This document shows positions 40,831 to 51,575 of a stretch of 64,000 nt of DNA, in pieces. The notes under the pieces were generated by a model. That model saw only the letters and a program-made list of their open reading frames with translations. It searched no databases and was not told the origin of the DNA. Source of the DNA: Atractiella rhizophila. Lineage: Eukaryota. The translations under genes were made by a program, and so were the position numbers. Location of the stretch: positions 1 through 64,000 of the forward strand of contig MU271443.1 in NCBI GenBank assembly GCA_021432655.1, given 5' to 3'. Each line of letters begins with the position of its first letter. Position 1 is the stretch's first letter.

Positions 40831-41070
40831 AATGATACGTTCCCTCGTTCAGCATGCAATAGAAAATCTGTTATGCAAACATGTCAACATCCGAACATGG
40901 AGATGAAGATGAAGCAGTTGTGCGTGTACTAAAACTAAGGAGCAACTGGACTCGGTACCCGATTATGATATGTGAGCGACGGTGCTACAAGAAGCGCGGT
41001 ACTACCCTATAGTTTTCTAAACCCCATATTGCTGCCCACGATGACCGTGAATGAATGATTGACCAATCAT

Positions 41071-41087
41071 TGACTCAGTGTGACTCA
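41071..41087 (+). promoter_or_regulatory. Two tandem Gcn4/AP-1 (CpcA) sites, TGACTCA
   Basis: TGACTCA at 41071 and 41081, ~100 bp upstream of the acetyltransferase ATG. Confidence 0.5.
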
Positions 41088-41189
41088 TGAAGATGCAGCA
41101 GAAATTATCCTCATCTGGCAATAACACAAGAGCAAGGAGCGCCACTTAAAAGGTCCACTTAGAGATAGTCATTATAGAATACACTCAGG

Positions 41190-41869
41190 ATGACTGTTAC
41201 GTTTCGCCCTGCTTCCGCCGACGATGCCGGCGCTGTTCTCGGCCTCATCAAGGAGCTTGCTTTGTATGAAAAATCGCCAGAGTCTGTCAAAGCGACAGAA
41301 GAGTTGTTGAAGAAAAATGTTTTTGAGAAAGGTTACGCAGAGGTTCTCCTGGCTTTCGTAGACGGGGAAAGCGAGGCAGCTGGTTTCGCCTTGTGAGTCC
41401 CAACGACTCTACAGTCACATCATGTAAAACTGCAGCACAGATATTTCTTCAACTTCTCCACATGGACAGGGAAACCAGGCATCTACTTAGAAGATCTTTT
41501 CGTTAAGGAGAAGTTCAGAGCCAACGGTATCGGTAAAGGCTTCTTTCGAGAGCTTGGAAAAATTGCAAGAGAAAAGTACGCTCTGCATTCAGGTCACGTC
41601 CTACATTCTAATATCCGCCCAGGGATTGCGGTAGGATAGACTGGTGGGTTCTAAAGGTATGTGCTTTGTCCTCACATACATTTAAGCTGATAAACATGAT
41701 ACATAGTGGAACGAGGTGAGGAAAGAAGTGCCTGTGGCAAGGTTGCGCTGACGTTTTTGAGCAGCCCTCCATCAACTTTTACAAGCGAATTGGTGCTGTA
41801 GAAATGGTCGAGTGGCAAGTGATGAGATTGGAAGGGGAGAGTCTGAGCAAAATAGTAGATCTTGACTAA
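41190..41869 (+). CDS. GNAT diamine/spermidine acetyltransferase-like (SSAT/Ats1), copy 1
   Basis: [55 protein letters not shown]; 5 exons. Confidence 0.88.
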
Positions 41870-42228
41870 ATTGATGTAACCCCTTTGCAAAATCAACACT
41901 CAGAGCGAGAGCCTCTGCTCTGAGCCTATTATTACAAATTATAAGCTGACGGAGCCATATTAAAGACCTTAATTCGCGATGAAGTTTGCAAACAAGAGAA
42001 GGCAGTTTCATGCTGGCAATGAAGCAAGAACAAATGGTTCAACAAGCCTGAGGAGAATACGTACCCAACGCGTACAATCGTGATAAAATCTTCCTTCAAT
42101 ATCCTCGAAAAGCTTTTGGGTTTGCATACACCCAACAGGTCTGCAATAGATGTGAAAGAGTGACAACGCCAATGACAACACACCTGTCTGGTTCAAGGTT
42201 GTCCCTAAGGGTCACCAATTTTGAGTTT

Positions 42229-42278
42229 TGTTGACGTAGATTCTACCCCAACATGTTTGAGTAGAATCTACGTCAACA
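42229..42278. repeat. Perfect 18-bp inverted repeat (14-nt spacer) upstream of RING gene 1
   Basis: TGTTGACGTAGATTCTAC (42229-42246) / GTAGAATCTACGTCAACA (42261-42278). Confidence 0.9.
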
Positions 42279-42364
42279 TCCTTCACACCACCACTATTAT
42301 CCACCGTTCCCTGCTTCCCTAAGTGCTCCTAAGCACCTATTGTCCATATCAAAAGCCTTTCAAA

Positions 42365-43440
42365 ATGCCAGGAATTGACAGTTCTCTTTTTGTGGAGGAT
42401 GTACAGGATTTTCGTGCGTGTCCCTCCATGATCCTTCTACCAACTGACGATGTGCCCAGTCTGTGGCATCTGTCTCGAAGTCTACGAGCATCCAATGAAA
42501 TGTTGTAAGAATGGACACAATTTTTGCAAAGGGTACGCTGCTTAACATATTATGTGATGTTTCCTGAGCGAAATTGCCCGCAGTTGTGCCATGTCACTCA
42601 TCAGAAAGACCACATCCTGCCCAAAATGTCGACGGCCCATGCACCAACCAATTCCCAACCACAAAGTTCAACAACAAATCCTTCAGCTTCGTCGCCACTG
42701 CCTCAATGGAGAGTGTACCTGGGAAGGCTCGACCTTTGATTTAGCAAGGCATCTGCAGGAATGTCCTTGGCTACGGGGCAGGTGCCCAAACGAGTACGTC
42801 CTCTGGCAACACATTAAACTTTTCTAACTCTGCGAATTTGGCAGTTCGACTGGCTGTCTCGAAGTCATGTGTCGAAAAGATGTCTATGCTCTCACTTCTG
42901 AATCTTGTGGCTTCTCCCTGCTCGTTTGTCCGCGCTCTCAAGATAATCCTTTACGTTGCGGTTACATCAAGCGGAAGGACATGGCAGCCCATGAAAAAGT
43001 ATGCCAGAGATACACGTAAGTCATCTGCGTACCTGGTATGCAAAGTGTAACTTTTTTCAGATGTAACAATCGGCCAGACGGCTGCTTATGGGAAGGTCGA
43101 GAAGAAGAAGTCTCAGTAAGTCTGTCTGCTTCATCTTCTCCAGACGAATCGTCTAACAGAACTATAGTTGCACGAAGACTGGTGCGATGACTGGTTCGTC
43201 AAGTATCGGAGGAGCGTTGCCGAGAACGAACAACTTCGCCAGAATAATGAGCGCCTCAAAGCTCAGTTTTTTGAGGAGCAGAAGAAGACAGCCTCTGCTG
43301 AAGCAGAGGCACAACGCTTAGAGGGAGAAAAGCAGCGTCTGGAGGAAGAGACGCAGCGTCTGGAGGAAGAGACGCAGCGTCTGGAGGAAGAGACGCAGCG
43401 TCTGGAGGAAGAGACGCAGCGTCTGGAAAGGTCCACTTAG
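42365..43440 (+). CDS. C3HC4 RING + TRAF-type zinc fingers + heptad coiled coil (putative E3 ligase), copy 1
   Basis: After splicing: CGICLEV...CKNGHNFCKGC...CPKCR; C..ECTWEG...HLQECP; (QRLEEET)x4. Confidence 0.78.
43333..43427 (+). repeat. 21-bp tandem repeat CAGCGTCTGGAGGAAGAGACG x4.5
   Basis: Perfect units encoding QRLEEET. Confidence 0.95.
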
Positions 43441-43467
43441 AGATAGTCATTATAGAATACACTCAGG

Positions 43468-44146
43468 ATGACTGTTACGTTTCGCCCTGCTTCCGCCGAC
43501 GATGCCGGCGCTGTTCTCGGCCTCATCAAGGAGCTTGCTTTGTATGAAAAATCGCCAGAGTCTGTCAAAGCGACAGAAGAGTTGTTGAAGAAAAATGTTT
43601 TTGAGAAAGGTTACGCAGAGGTTCTCCTGGCTTTCGTAGACGGGGAAAGCGAGGCAGCTGGTTTCGCCTTGTGAGTCCCAACGACTCTACAGTCACATCA
43701 TGTAAAACTGCAGCACAGATATTTCTTCAACTTCTCCACATGGACAGGGAAACCAGGCATCTACTTAGAAGATCTTTTCGTTAAGGAGAAGTTCAGAGCC
43801 AACGGTATCGGTAAAGGCTTCTTTCGAGAGCTTGGAAAAATTGCCAGAGAAAAGTACGCTCTGCGTCCAGTCTCGTCCTACGTTCTAATATCCGCCCAGG
43901 GATTGCGGTAGGATAGACTGGTGGGTTCTGAAGGTATGTGCTTTGCCCTCACATACATTTAAGCTGATAAACATGGTACATAGTGGAACGAGGTGAGGAA
44001 AGAAGTGCCTGTGGCAAGGTTACGCTGACGTTTTTGTGCAGCCCTCCATCAACTTTTACAAGCGAATTGGTGCTGTAGAAATGGTCGAATGGCAAGTGAT
44101 GAGATTGGAAGGGGAGAGTCTGAGCAAAATAGTAGATCTTGACTAG
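43468..44146 (+). CDS. GNAT SSAT-like acetyltransferase, copy 2
   Basis: Near-identical to copy 1, with a few substitutions and a TAG instead of TAA stop. Confidence 0.85.
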
Positions 44147-44494
44147 ATTGATGTAACCCCATTGCAAAATCAACACTCAGAGCGAGAGCCTCTGCTCTGA
44201 GCCTATTATTACAAATTATAAGCTGACGGAGCCCATATTAAAGAAGTTAATTCGTGATAAGAGAAGGCAGTTTCATGGTGGCAGTGAAGCAAGAACAAAT
44301 GGTTCAACAAGCCTGAAGAGAATGCGTACCCAGCGCGTACGATGGTGATGAAAACTTCCTTCAATATCCTCGAAAAGCTTCGTGTTTGCACACACCCAAC
44401 AGGTTTGCAACAGATGTGAAAGAGAGACAACGCCAACGCCAACGCACGTCTGCCTGGTTCAGGGTTGTCCCTAAGGGTCACCAATTTTGAGTTT

Positions 44495-44544
44495 TGTTGA
44501 CGTAGATTCTACCCCAACATGTTCGAGTAGAATCTACTTCAACA
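44495..44544. repeat. Inverted repeat upstream of RING gene 2 (one mismatch)
   Basis: TGTTGACGTAGATTCTAC / GTAGAATCTACTTCAACA. Confidence 0.88.
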
Positions 44545-44619
44545 TTCTTCACACCACCACTACTATCCTGCTCCCAAGGTGCTCCTAAGCACCTATTGTC
44601 GTATCAAAAGTCTTTCAAA

Positions 44620-45727
44620 ATGCCAGGAATTGACAGTTCTCTTTTTGTGGAGGATGTACAGGATTTTCGTGCGTGTCCCTCCATGATTCCTTCTCCCACC
44701 TGACGCTGTGCCCAGTCTGTGGCATCTGTCTCGAAGTCTACGAGCATCCAATGAAATGTTGTAAGAATGGACACAACTTTTGCAAAGGGTACGTTGCTTA
44801 ACATATTATGTGATGTTTTCTGAGCGAAATTGCCCGCAGTTGTGCCATGTCACTCATCAGAAGGACCACATCCTGCCCAAAATGTCGACGACCCATGCAC
44901 CAACCAATTCCCAACCATAAAGTTCAACAACAAATCCTTCAGCTTCGTCGCCACTGCCTCAATGGAGAGTGCAACTGGGAAGGCTCGACCGCTGATTTAG
45001 CAAGGCATCTGCAGGAATGTCCTTGGCTACGAGGCAGGTGCCCAAACGAGTATGTTCCATCCGCAATACATTACCGTTGTTTAACCGTGCGAATTGTAAG
45101 CTCGACTGGCTGTCTAGAAGTTATGTGTCGAAAAGACGTCTACGCTCACACTACCGAGTTTTGCGGATTTTCCCTTCTCGTTTGCCCACGCTCGCAAGAT
45201 GACCCTCTACGCTGCGGCTACATCAAGCGAAAGGACATGCCTGCTCACGAGAGAGTATGCCTAAGATACGCGTATGTCTCTCATATCACTCCTATTTAAA
45301 AAAACATAATTTTTCCACAGGTGTAACAATCGCGCACACGGCTGCTTGTGGGAAGGACCGGAAGAAGATGTTATGGCATGGATTCTTCCTTGCGGCTTGT
45401 CCGCGGCTAACTTAGTCACAGGTTCATGAAGACTGGTGCAATCAACTACACTTTACGCACCAACGAGCCCGTGCAGAAAACGAACAACTCCGTCAGAGAA
45501 ATGAGCACCTCAAAGTGCAAATTTTGGAGGAACAGAGGAGAGCGGCCTCTGCTGAAGCACAAACGCACCGTTTGGAGGAAGAAACGCACCGTTTGGAGGA
45601 AGAAACGCACCGTTTGGAGGAAGAAACGCACCGTTTGGAGGAAGAAACGCACCGTTTGGAGGAAGAAACGCACCGTTTGGCAGAGGAACGCAAGAAAGGA
45701 GAAGAAGGTTTGGTACAAGCACCTTGA
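44620..45727 (+). CDS. RING + TRAF-type zinc fingers + heptad coiled coil, copy 2
   Basis: Same exon structure as copy 1; 3' half diverged; (HRLEEET)x5; ends AEERKKGEEGLVQAP*. Confidence 0.75.
45566..45680 (+). repeat. 21-bp tandem repeat CACCGTTTGGAGGAAGAAACG x5.5
   Basis: Perfect units encoding HRLEEET. Confidence 0.95.
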
Positions 45728-45871
45728 GTTGAAATGGCAACAGGAGAAAGAACTTGCATGAATGATGCGAACCCTTCTACATTTTCTACCGAATTTAGAT
45801 CGTCCAAAGATAAATTGGAAACGTTAACGTTATAAGTACTCTTTTCCGTAGGTAGAGTATGATTAAATGGT

Positions 45872-46374
45872 TCAGACCGCGCCGTTAAGGAGAGACCGGA
45901 GGAAGACCTCGAGTTTCTCATCTCCCTTGGTGTCGAGAGTGTACCGAACCTCAGACTTCTTAAAACCATTGAACTGTCCCATTCATTAGTATAGTGTGTG
46001 AGAGCAGGACAAAAGAACCGACCTGACTCGCGGCACAAATAGTGTATGCTCCCATATTCTCCCACTTCAACCAATCTCCCACTTCCAGGTCCGTTGGCAA
46101 CGGTGCGTCTTTGGCGACGAGATCGATAGAGTCGCAAGTCGGACCCCAAACTGAGCACTTCTCTGTATCAGTGTACAAAGCAGCTTGATCAACTTGAGCT
46201 TGGAAGATGCCGTTAAGAGTGAGAATTTTGGGGAAGACGATCTGGTGGTCGAACATCGTGCAGTTGAACGCTCCATAAACGCCGTCGTTGATATAATCTG
46301 TCTCATTCTGATTAGCAGATGAACCTTGGACAACAAGAAAACGTACACATGGAAGAAGGAGACTCTTCGTCGCT
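45872..46374 (-). pseudogene. Partial duplicate of the ODC 3' end (C-terminal exons only)
   Basis: 45679-46374 matches 47143-47833 with scattered substitutions (YINDGVYGAFNC, WGPTCDSID, NMGAYT); lacks the PLP-binding barrel. Confidence 0.85.
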
Positions 46375-47331
46375 ACAACAGGTTTACCTCGCACCCAAAA
46401 TCTCTTCTCCACCGTTCGCCCTCCACTTCCATCCCGTCCGAAGAAGGCGAAAGCAAAAGCATCAAAAATACGGATTGGCCGCAAGGGTGACTCAACAGAA
46501 CGCAAGACACGAACAATGGATCCTTCTTCTGCTGGATCGAAGTCGTCATCACGAAGTTGTCGCTCTCGCTCTCTGCTGATTCCTTCAACAGCTTCGACCC
46601 CAGTCAAAATTCCAGGTGTTCGACTTTCCCAAACTCGTCCTATCACCCTTACTCCTATAACCTCTCCATTTCCTTTTTCGAATGCAACCCCAGTCAAATC
46701 CCCGTTTGATTTGTGGTTTTGAGGAAGGCACATTATGCTGTCATGTTATGGTTCATCTAGTTTATCATTCGTCTTTCGATCTTCTTGCTCAGTGAATCAA
46801 ATCAACTTATCGTCGCAACTATTAGTCTTAGCGGTCTTGATTGTATTGTATGTACTTTACCATCTATGGTGCTTATGGTTCAGACAATTTATTGGGATAT
46901 GTTGAACAAAGTCATTGCAGTGCCTGCTACTCGTCGTTGAGACCTCGCTCTATTCGCCGTGTTATGTGTATGGGAGCCCATGCTTCACCTTACGCTATCG
47001 TGGTCACTCTTGGTCACTCTTACATTAAGGATAGGTAGCGAAGTCAATTGCACGGGGACACTAAACGAGATGCTCCTTAATTGAGAATCGTTAACCAGAC
47101 TTCGGACGGAACGCAACAGGCATCGAAACCGAGATACCAGAAGGCAGAGGAACGCAAGAAAGGAGAAGAAGGTTTGGTACAAGCACCTTGAGTTGAAATG
47201 GCAACAGGAGAGAGAACTTGCATGAATGATGCGAACCCTTCTACATTTTCTACCGAATTTAGATCGTCCAAAGATAAATTGAAAACGTTATAAGTACTCT
47301 TTTCCATAAGTCGAGAGTATCGTTAGATGGT

Positions 47332-48945
47332 TCAGACCGCGCCGTTAAGGAGAGACCGGAGGAAGACCTCTAGTTTCTCATCTCCCTTGGTATCGAGAGT
47401 GTACCGAACTTCAGACTTCTTAAAACCATTGAACTGTTCCGTTCATCAGTATAGTAAAGGAAAACAGAACAAAAGAACCAACCTGACTCGCGGCACAAAT
47501 AGTGTATGCTCCCATATTCTCCCACTTCAACCAATCTCCCACTTGCAGGTCCGTTGGCAACGGTGCGTCTTTGGCGACGAGGTCGATAGAGTCGCAAGTC
47601 GGACCCCAAACTGAGCACTTTTCTGTATCCGTGTACAAAGCGGCTTGATCACCTTGAGGTTGAAAGATGCCGTTAAGAGTGAGAATTTTGGGGAAGACGA
47701 TCTGGTGGTCGAACATCGTGCAGTTGAACGCTCCATAAACGCCGTCGTTGATATAATCTGTCTCATTCTGATCAGCAGATGAACCTTGGACAACAAGAAA
47801 ACGTACACATGGAAGAAGGAGACTCTTCGTCGCTCTCCGGAGGACTAAATCCACTAGATTCTTCAACTCCATCCTTCCCTCTCTTCGCAATTACATTGGT
47901 AGCGAGCTCGAAAGCATCTGCAACGAAGTATCTTCCAGGCTCTGCAATGACGCGAACCTTGTCTCCAGGGAAAAACTTGTCCAAGCTATTCCTGATACAT
48001 CTCGCGGCATCCTCGAAAATATCGTTCTCGAAACCGCCACCAATATCGAGGAAGTCAAAGTCGAAGCCTTCTTCCTTTCCAATGTCGAAAGCAACTTTGG
48101 CACGGTGCAGAGCATCCTCGTAAGCGAGAGGGTCCTTGTTTCCGGATCCGACATGGAAAGCAATACCGATGACGTTCATTCCGGTCTCTTTTGCCTTCTT
48201 GAGCAATCGACGAACATCCGTCAATTTCGCGCCAAACTTCAAGCCGAGCTTGCAAAGACTGGCGCTGTCGTCCGTCAAGATTCTGAGGACGAGTTTCGCA
48301 TTGGGATTGAACTTTTGAACCTTGACAATTTCTTCTTCATTGTCGAAGGTCATCATTTGAACACCTTGTTTGGCCGACTTCCTGATAAAGGATGACGCCT
48401 TGCACGGGTTGGCATAGATAATGCGGGAAGGAGGGACACCGAGCGATAAAACAGAGGAGATTTCACTCTGTGATGCGCAGTCGAACCCTAGACCAAGGGT
48501 TGCGAGCAGGTGCAGAACGCAGGGATCGGGATTGGCTTTGACAGCTATTGAATGGAATGAGCCACGTTCCACCTCCTTGTGAAAGAGACCTACCAAAAAA
48601 AGGGTCAACGCGTCCACCCAACTCCTTCTGCCACCTTTGCCATTGGTTCCAAACCCTGACGAGGTCGCAGACGAAGAAAGCGTTCTCTCCCTCTCCTTCG
48701 CACTCGTCGATATCGATCCCCCGAAGTTCGTTCTCGAAGACCGAATCAATGCTTCCGGAGTAAATATGAGGCAGAGGCTCGCTGTATTTTGGAGGCGGAA
48801 GCGGGAGGAGGGAGGGAGTGGTCGGTTCGGAGGCACCGTGAAGTGTGACTACCGTTTGGAGAGAAGGGGAGGAGGGCATACTGAAGGAATCGTATTTTTG
48901 AGGGAATCGGGGAGCATCTTGAGATACAGTCACAGTTGTGTTCAT
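47332..48945 (-). CDS. SPE1: Ornithine decarboxylase
   Basis: AFFVCDL, PFF-AVKANPD (PLP lysine), GFDCAS, IIYANPCK, KFGA, FHVGSG, LDIGGGF, AEPGRY, WGPTCDSID, NMGAYT, FNGF. Confidence 0.95.
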
Positions 48946-49175
48946 TTTTGCTCTAGTGTCGACGGGGGCCGATTAGATTTGGCTATGTTCCTTTTCTTCC
49001 GCTGGCGATGGGTATTGAATTGTGTGAGTTTAAATATCCGCGATAGATTGATTGAAGCGGGGAGGTGACTGTTCGAGGTCGAGGGGATGGAGAAATAAGT
49101 GAAATATCTAGGTGAATAAAAATCCTGTATAAACAGTCCTCGACTCGTAGGATGCCTCTGAGAGGTGAAGAGCAA
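48942..49175 (-). promoter_or_regulatory. Candidate non-AUG uORF whose stop overlaps the ODC start (ATGA)
   Basis: Open frame without ATG ending ...FNTHRQRKKRNIAKSNRPPSTLEQK*; its TGA shares bases with the ODC ATG. Confidence 0.5.
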
Positions 49176-50133
49176 GGCCCAGGCTAGGCCTGCCCCGATT
49201 TAATGACGGCTGATGCGGCAACTCCTCCTCGCTCTAGCCAGAGCGAGGCGACTAGATCGATAGGAGGATGAAAGGATAGGATGAACCGGGGAACTCGATA
49301 GCACGACAAAACCGGTTCAGTCGCTCAAACGGGGTGTAGTTCGAGTGAAGGATGTTAGGGTGGTTCCAAGCAAACCCTCCAGGTGTAACCCTTCGCCACA
49401 ACGCTCATCAACCCCGATTCCGCGCCAACAAAAAAAGCACCCACCTGGATGAGTCGAAGATCAGTGATCCGCCTCTTTGTTAGGGATAATATCTTGGAAA
49501 AAGGGAGATTAAGATCCCTTTTGGTAGTAAAAGGATCTCCCTCGAGGCCTTTTACTGTCGGGAATGTGCGCTGGCAAGATGCGAGGATTTCGCTGGCGTC
49601 GTCGTTGAGTCAAGTGATGGCTCGCGGATTTTCTGGGGTGGCAAACAAACTTTGATCCGGCCTTCTTTCACAAATAGCAAGTCGCGTGAATGTACGCGTA
49701 GTCCTCACAAGGCAATCGCCGACTTCAAAATCAATTCTTGTTTTCATTTTTTTTTGGTGAGAATTATAAGCTCATTCAGCATTCAAGCTTCCAATAAGTG
49801 TCCGTGTCTCTCAATACTACAATCTTTCTCACATCCTTACTTTTATTTCGAGCTGAAGATTCAGACTTTTATTTATCAAACACGACGCTTTGCCATAAAT
49901 TTAATGACAGCAACGTTGCTAGTAGTTGAATAAATGATATTAGGCTAGTGCCATTGCAAAATCTCCTCATGCTCGAACCTTGCTGAGTATCGAAAGATCC
50001 TATGGCTTGTTGCCTTTGTGCGAGTTTTCGTCGCTTTGCACAAAGGAATGCCACACCTATAAAGCCATAAAGCTTCAATGATCCCACTAACCTTCACAAC
50101 ACAAGACCATCCGATATTCCACGCTGGAGAAGT

Positions 50134-50823
50134 ATGGTTCACGCACAATTTCGACTCATTTCACTCGCCCTTACCCCAGAAGAGGCATCCTCCATCGCGG
50201 GCCACAGAGGGTATCCCCTGCTGTACGAGAAGGACTCTCATTATCAGATCCATCTTCTCCCCAAGATGGGTGGCAACCAAGAGCACACCGCCAAATTCTG
50301 TCTTCACCTGCAATCCGATTGGATGAAGGACACAGTGCCGTTCACACCGGAAGAAGAAACGGATTTCGGCTTCACAGTCCAGGACGGCAAGATCGTCTAT
50401 GGGAAGATGAAGGTATTGGAAGAAGTTGTTGAGGACAAGGAAGAAACAAATGGACAGCTGATCGTCAGCGAGAAGAAACACCGATGCAACCTGAGATGTG
50501 AAGAAGAAATGCGATACTTCGACGAGACGATGATTCAACATCTTCGGAAGAAGGAAGCACTTTGGCTGCTCGACGACGAGTTATTTGTGTTCACGCGCAC
50601 CTTGGAGATTAGGATAGAAGAAATGACGAAGAGGGGAGAGATGGACGCAGTGGAGAGCGAAATGTGGGACCGTTACATCTTGTTTCTCAACATGGAGCTG
50701 TTAATAGGCAGAGTTCCACAGTTTGTGAGGACGCTAGTGGCAGATGGGACTGAAACGTCCATTAATCTGTTTGGAGTGTTTCAATACCTCGCGGGGGGTC
50801 ATGGTCGCTTCATTCGCTCTTGA
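50134..50823 (+). CDS. Hypothetical protein
   Basis: 229-codon ORF with protein-like acidic/helical composition; no recognised family. Confidence 0.5.
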   Translation: MVHAQFRLISLALTPEEASSIAGHRGYPLLYEKDSHYQIHLLPKMGGNQEHTAKFCLHLQSDWMKDTVPFTPEEETDFGFTVQDGKIVYGKMKVLEEVVEDKEETNGQLIVSEKKHRCNLRCEEEMRYFDETMIQHLRKKEALWLLDDELFVFTRTLEIRIEEMTKRGEMDAVESEMWDRYILFLNMELLIGRVPQFVRTLVADGTETSINLFGVFQYLAGGHGRFIRS

Positions 50824-51575
50824 GTCGGCCTCATCCCCGTCCATGCCATGCTTTGTAGGATATTATCCGTCATGCAAATCTGTTTCGCTCTACCGATGTC
50901 TATGTAAGGTGTTCGGGATGTTACTTCAGCCTTAGCAAATAGCAATCCCCCACTTTTTCGACACGACGTCGGTACGATATATTCTGAGCTCAGATGTGAG
51001 AGCAGATAATCTTCTCGCTGTAGAACGCTACAACACAGTAACATCAGACTTGCAAAGGATTCCCGTAGAAGAGGATTGCGCCTTTAGTGACAACATGGCG
51101 CAAAATGGAGCAGAATATGGCGCTGGCGCAGACACGGGAACTTGTATTATACTGACACAACTCCCTCTTCTCCTGGAACAAGGAATACGCTAAACCCTCT
51201 GACCCTACATCTAATTCATCCTCGTTCTCTCTCGTTCCCCTCGGCAATATCGCGGCGAAGGCCGACCGAGGACCGTCTCTGCCCTCACCACTCCCACGGC
51301 CGTTTTGATAGAGTGCCGATGGGGAGGATAACGGAGAACGAAGACCGACGCCAGAAGGGCAGAAGCGGCAAAGAAAGGCACAACAAAGGGCAAACTATTT
51401 CTTGTCGAAATGCCCTAACGGCCATCATCCCGTCCTCGCTTGAGTTGCCCAATTTTTTCACCCTTCCTTCGATCGGAAGGGCTATATATAAGGGTAAATT
51501 GAACGCACCTATAAAGGAGGAAGCTCTCTGTCCTATCAGTCCGCAGAGTACCACGTTCACTGTCTATTTCACACA

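Noticed and set aside
43333..45680. CRISPR-like arrays
   Set aside because: Direct 21-bp tandem units without spacers, in-frame within eukaryotic exons.
45960..46733. 257-aa ORF as a second complete ODC
   Set aside because: A chimera of unrelated antisense sequence and unspliced ODC C-terminal exons; no PLP-binding domain.
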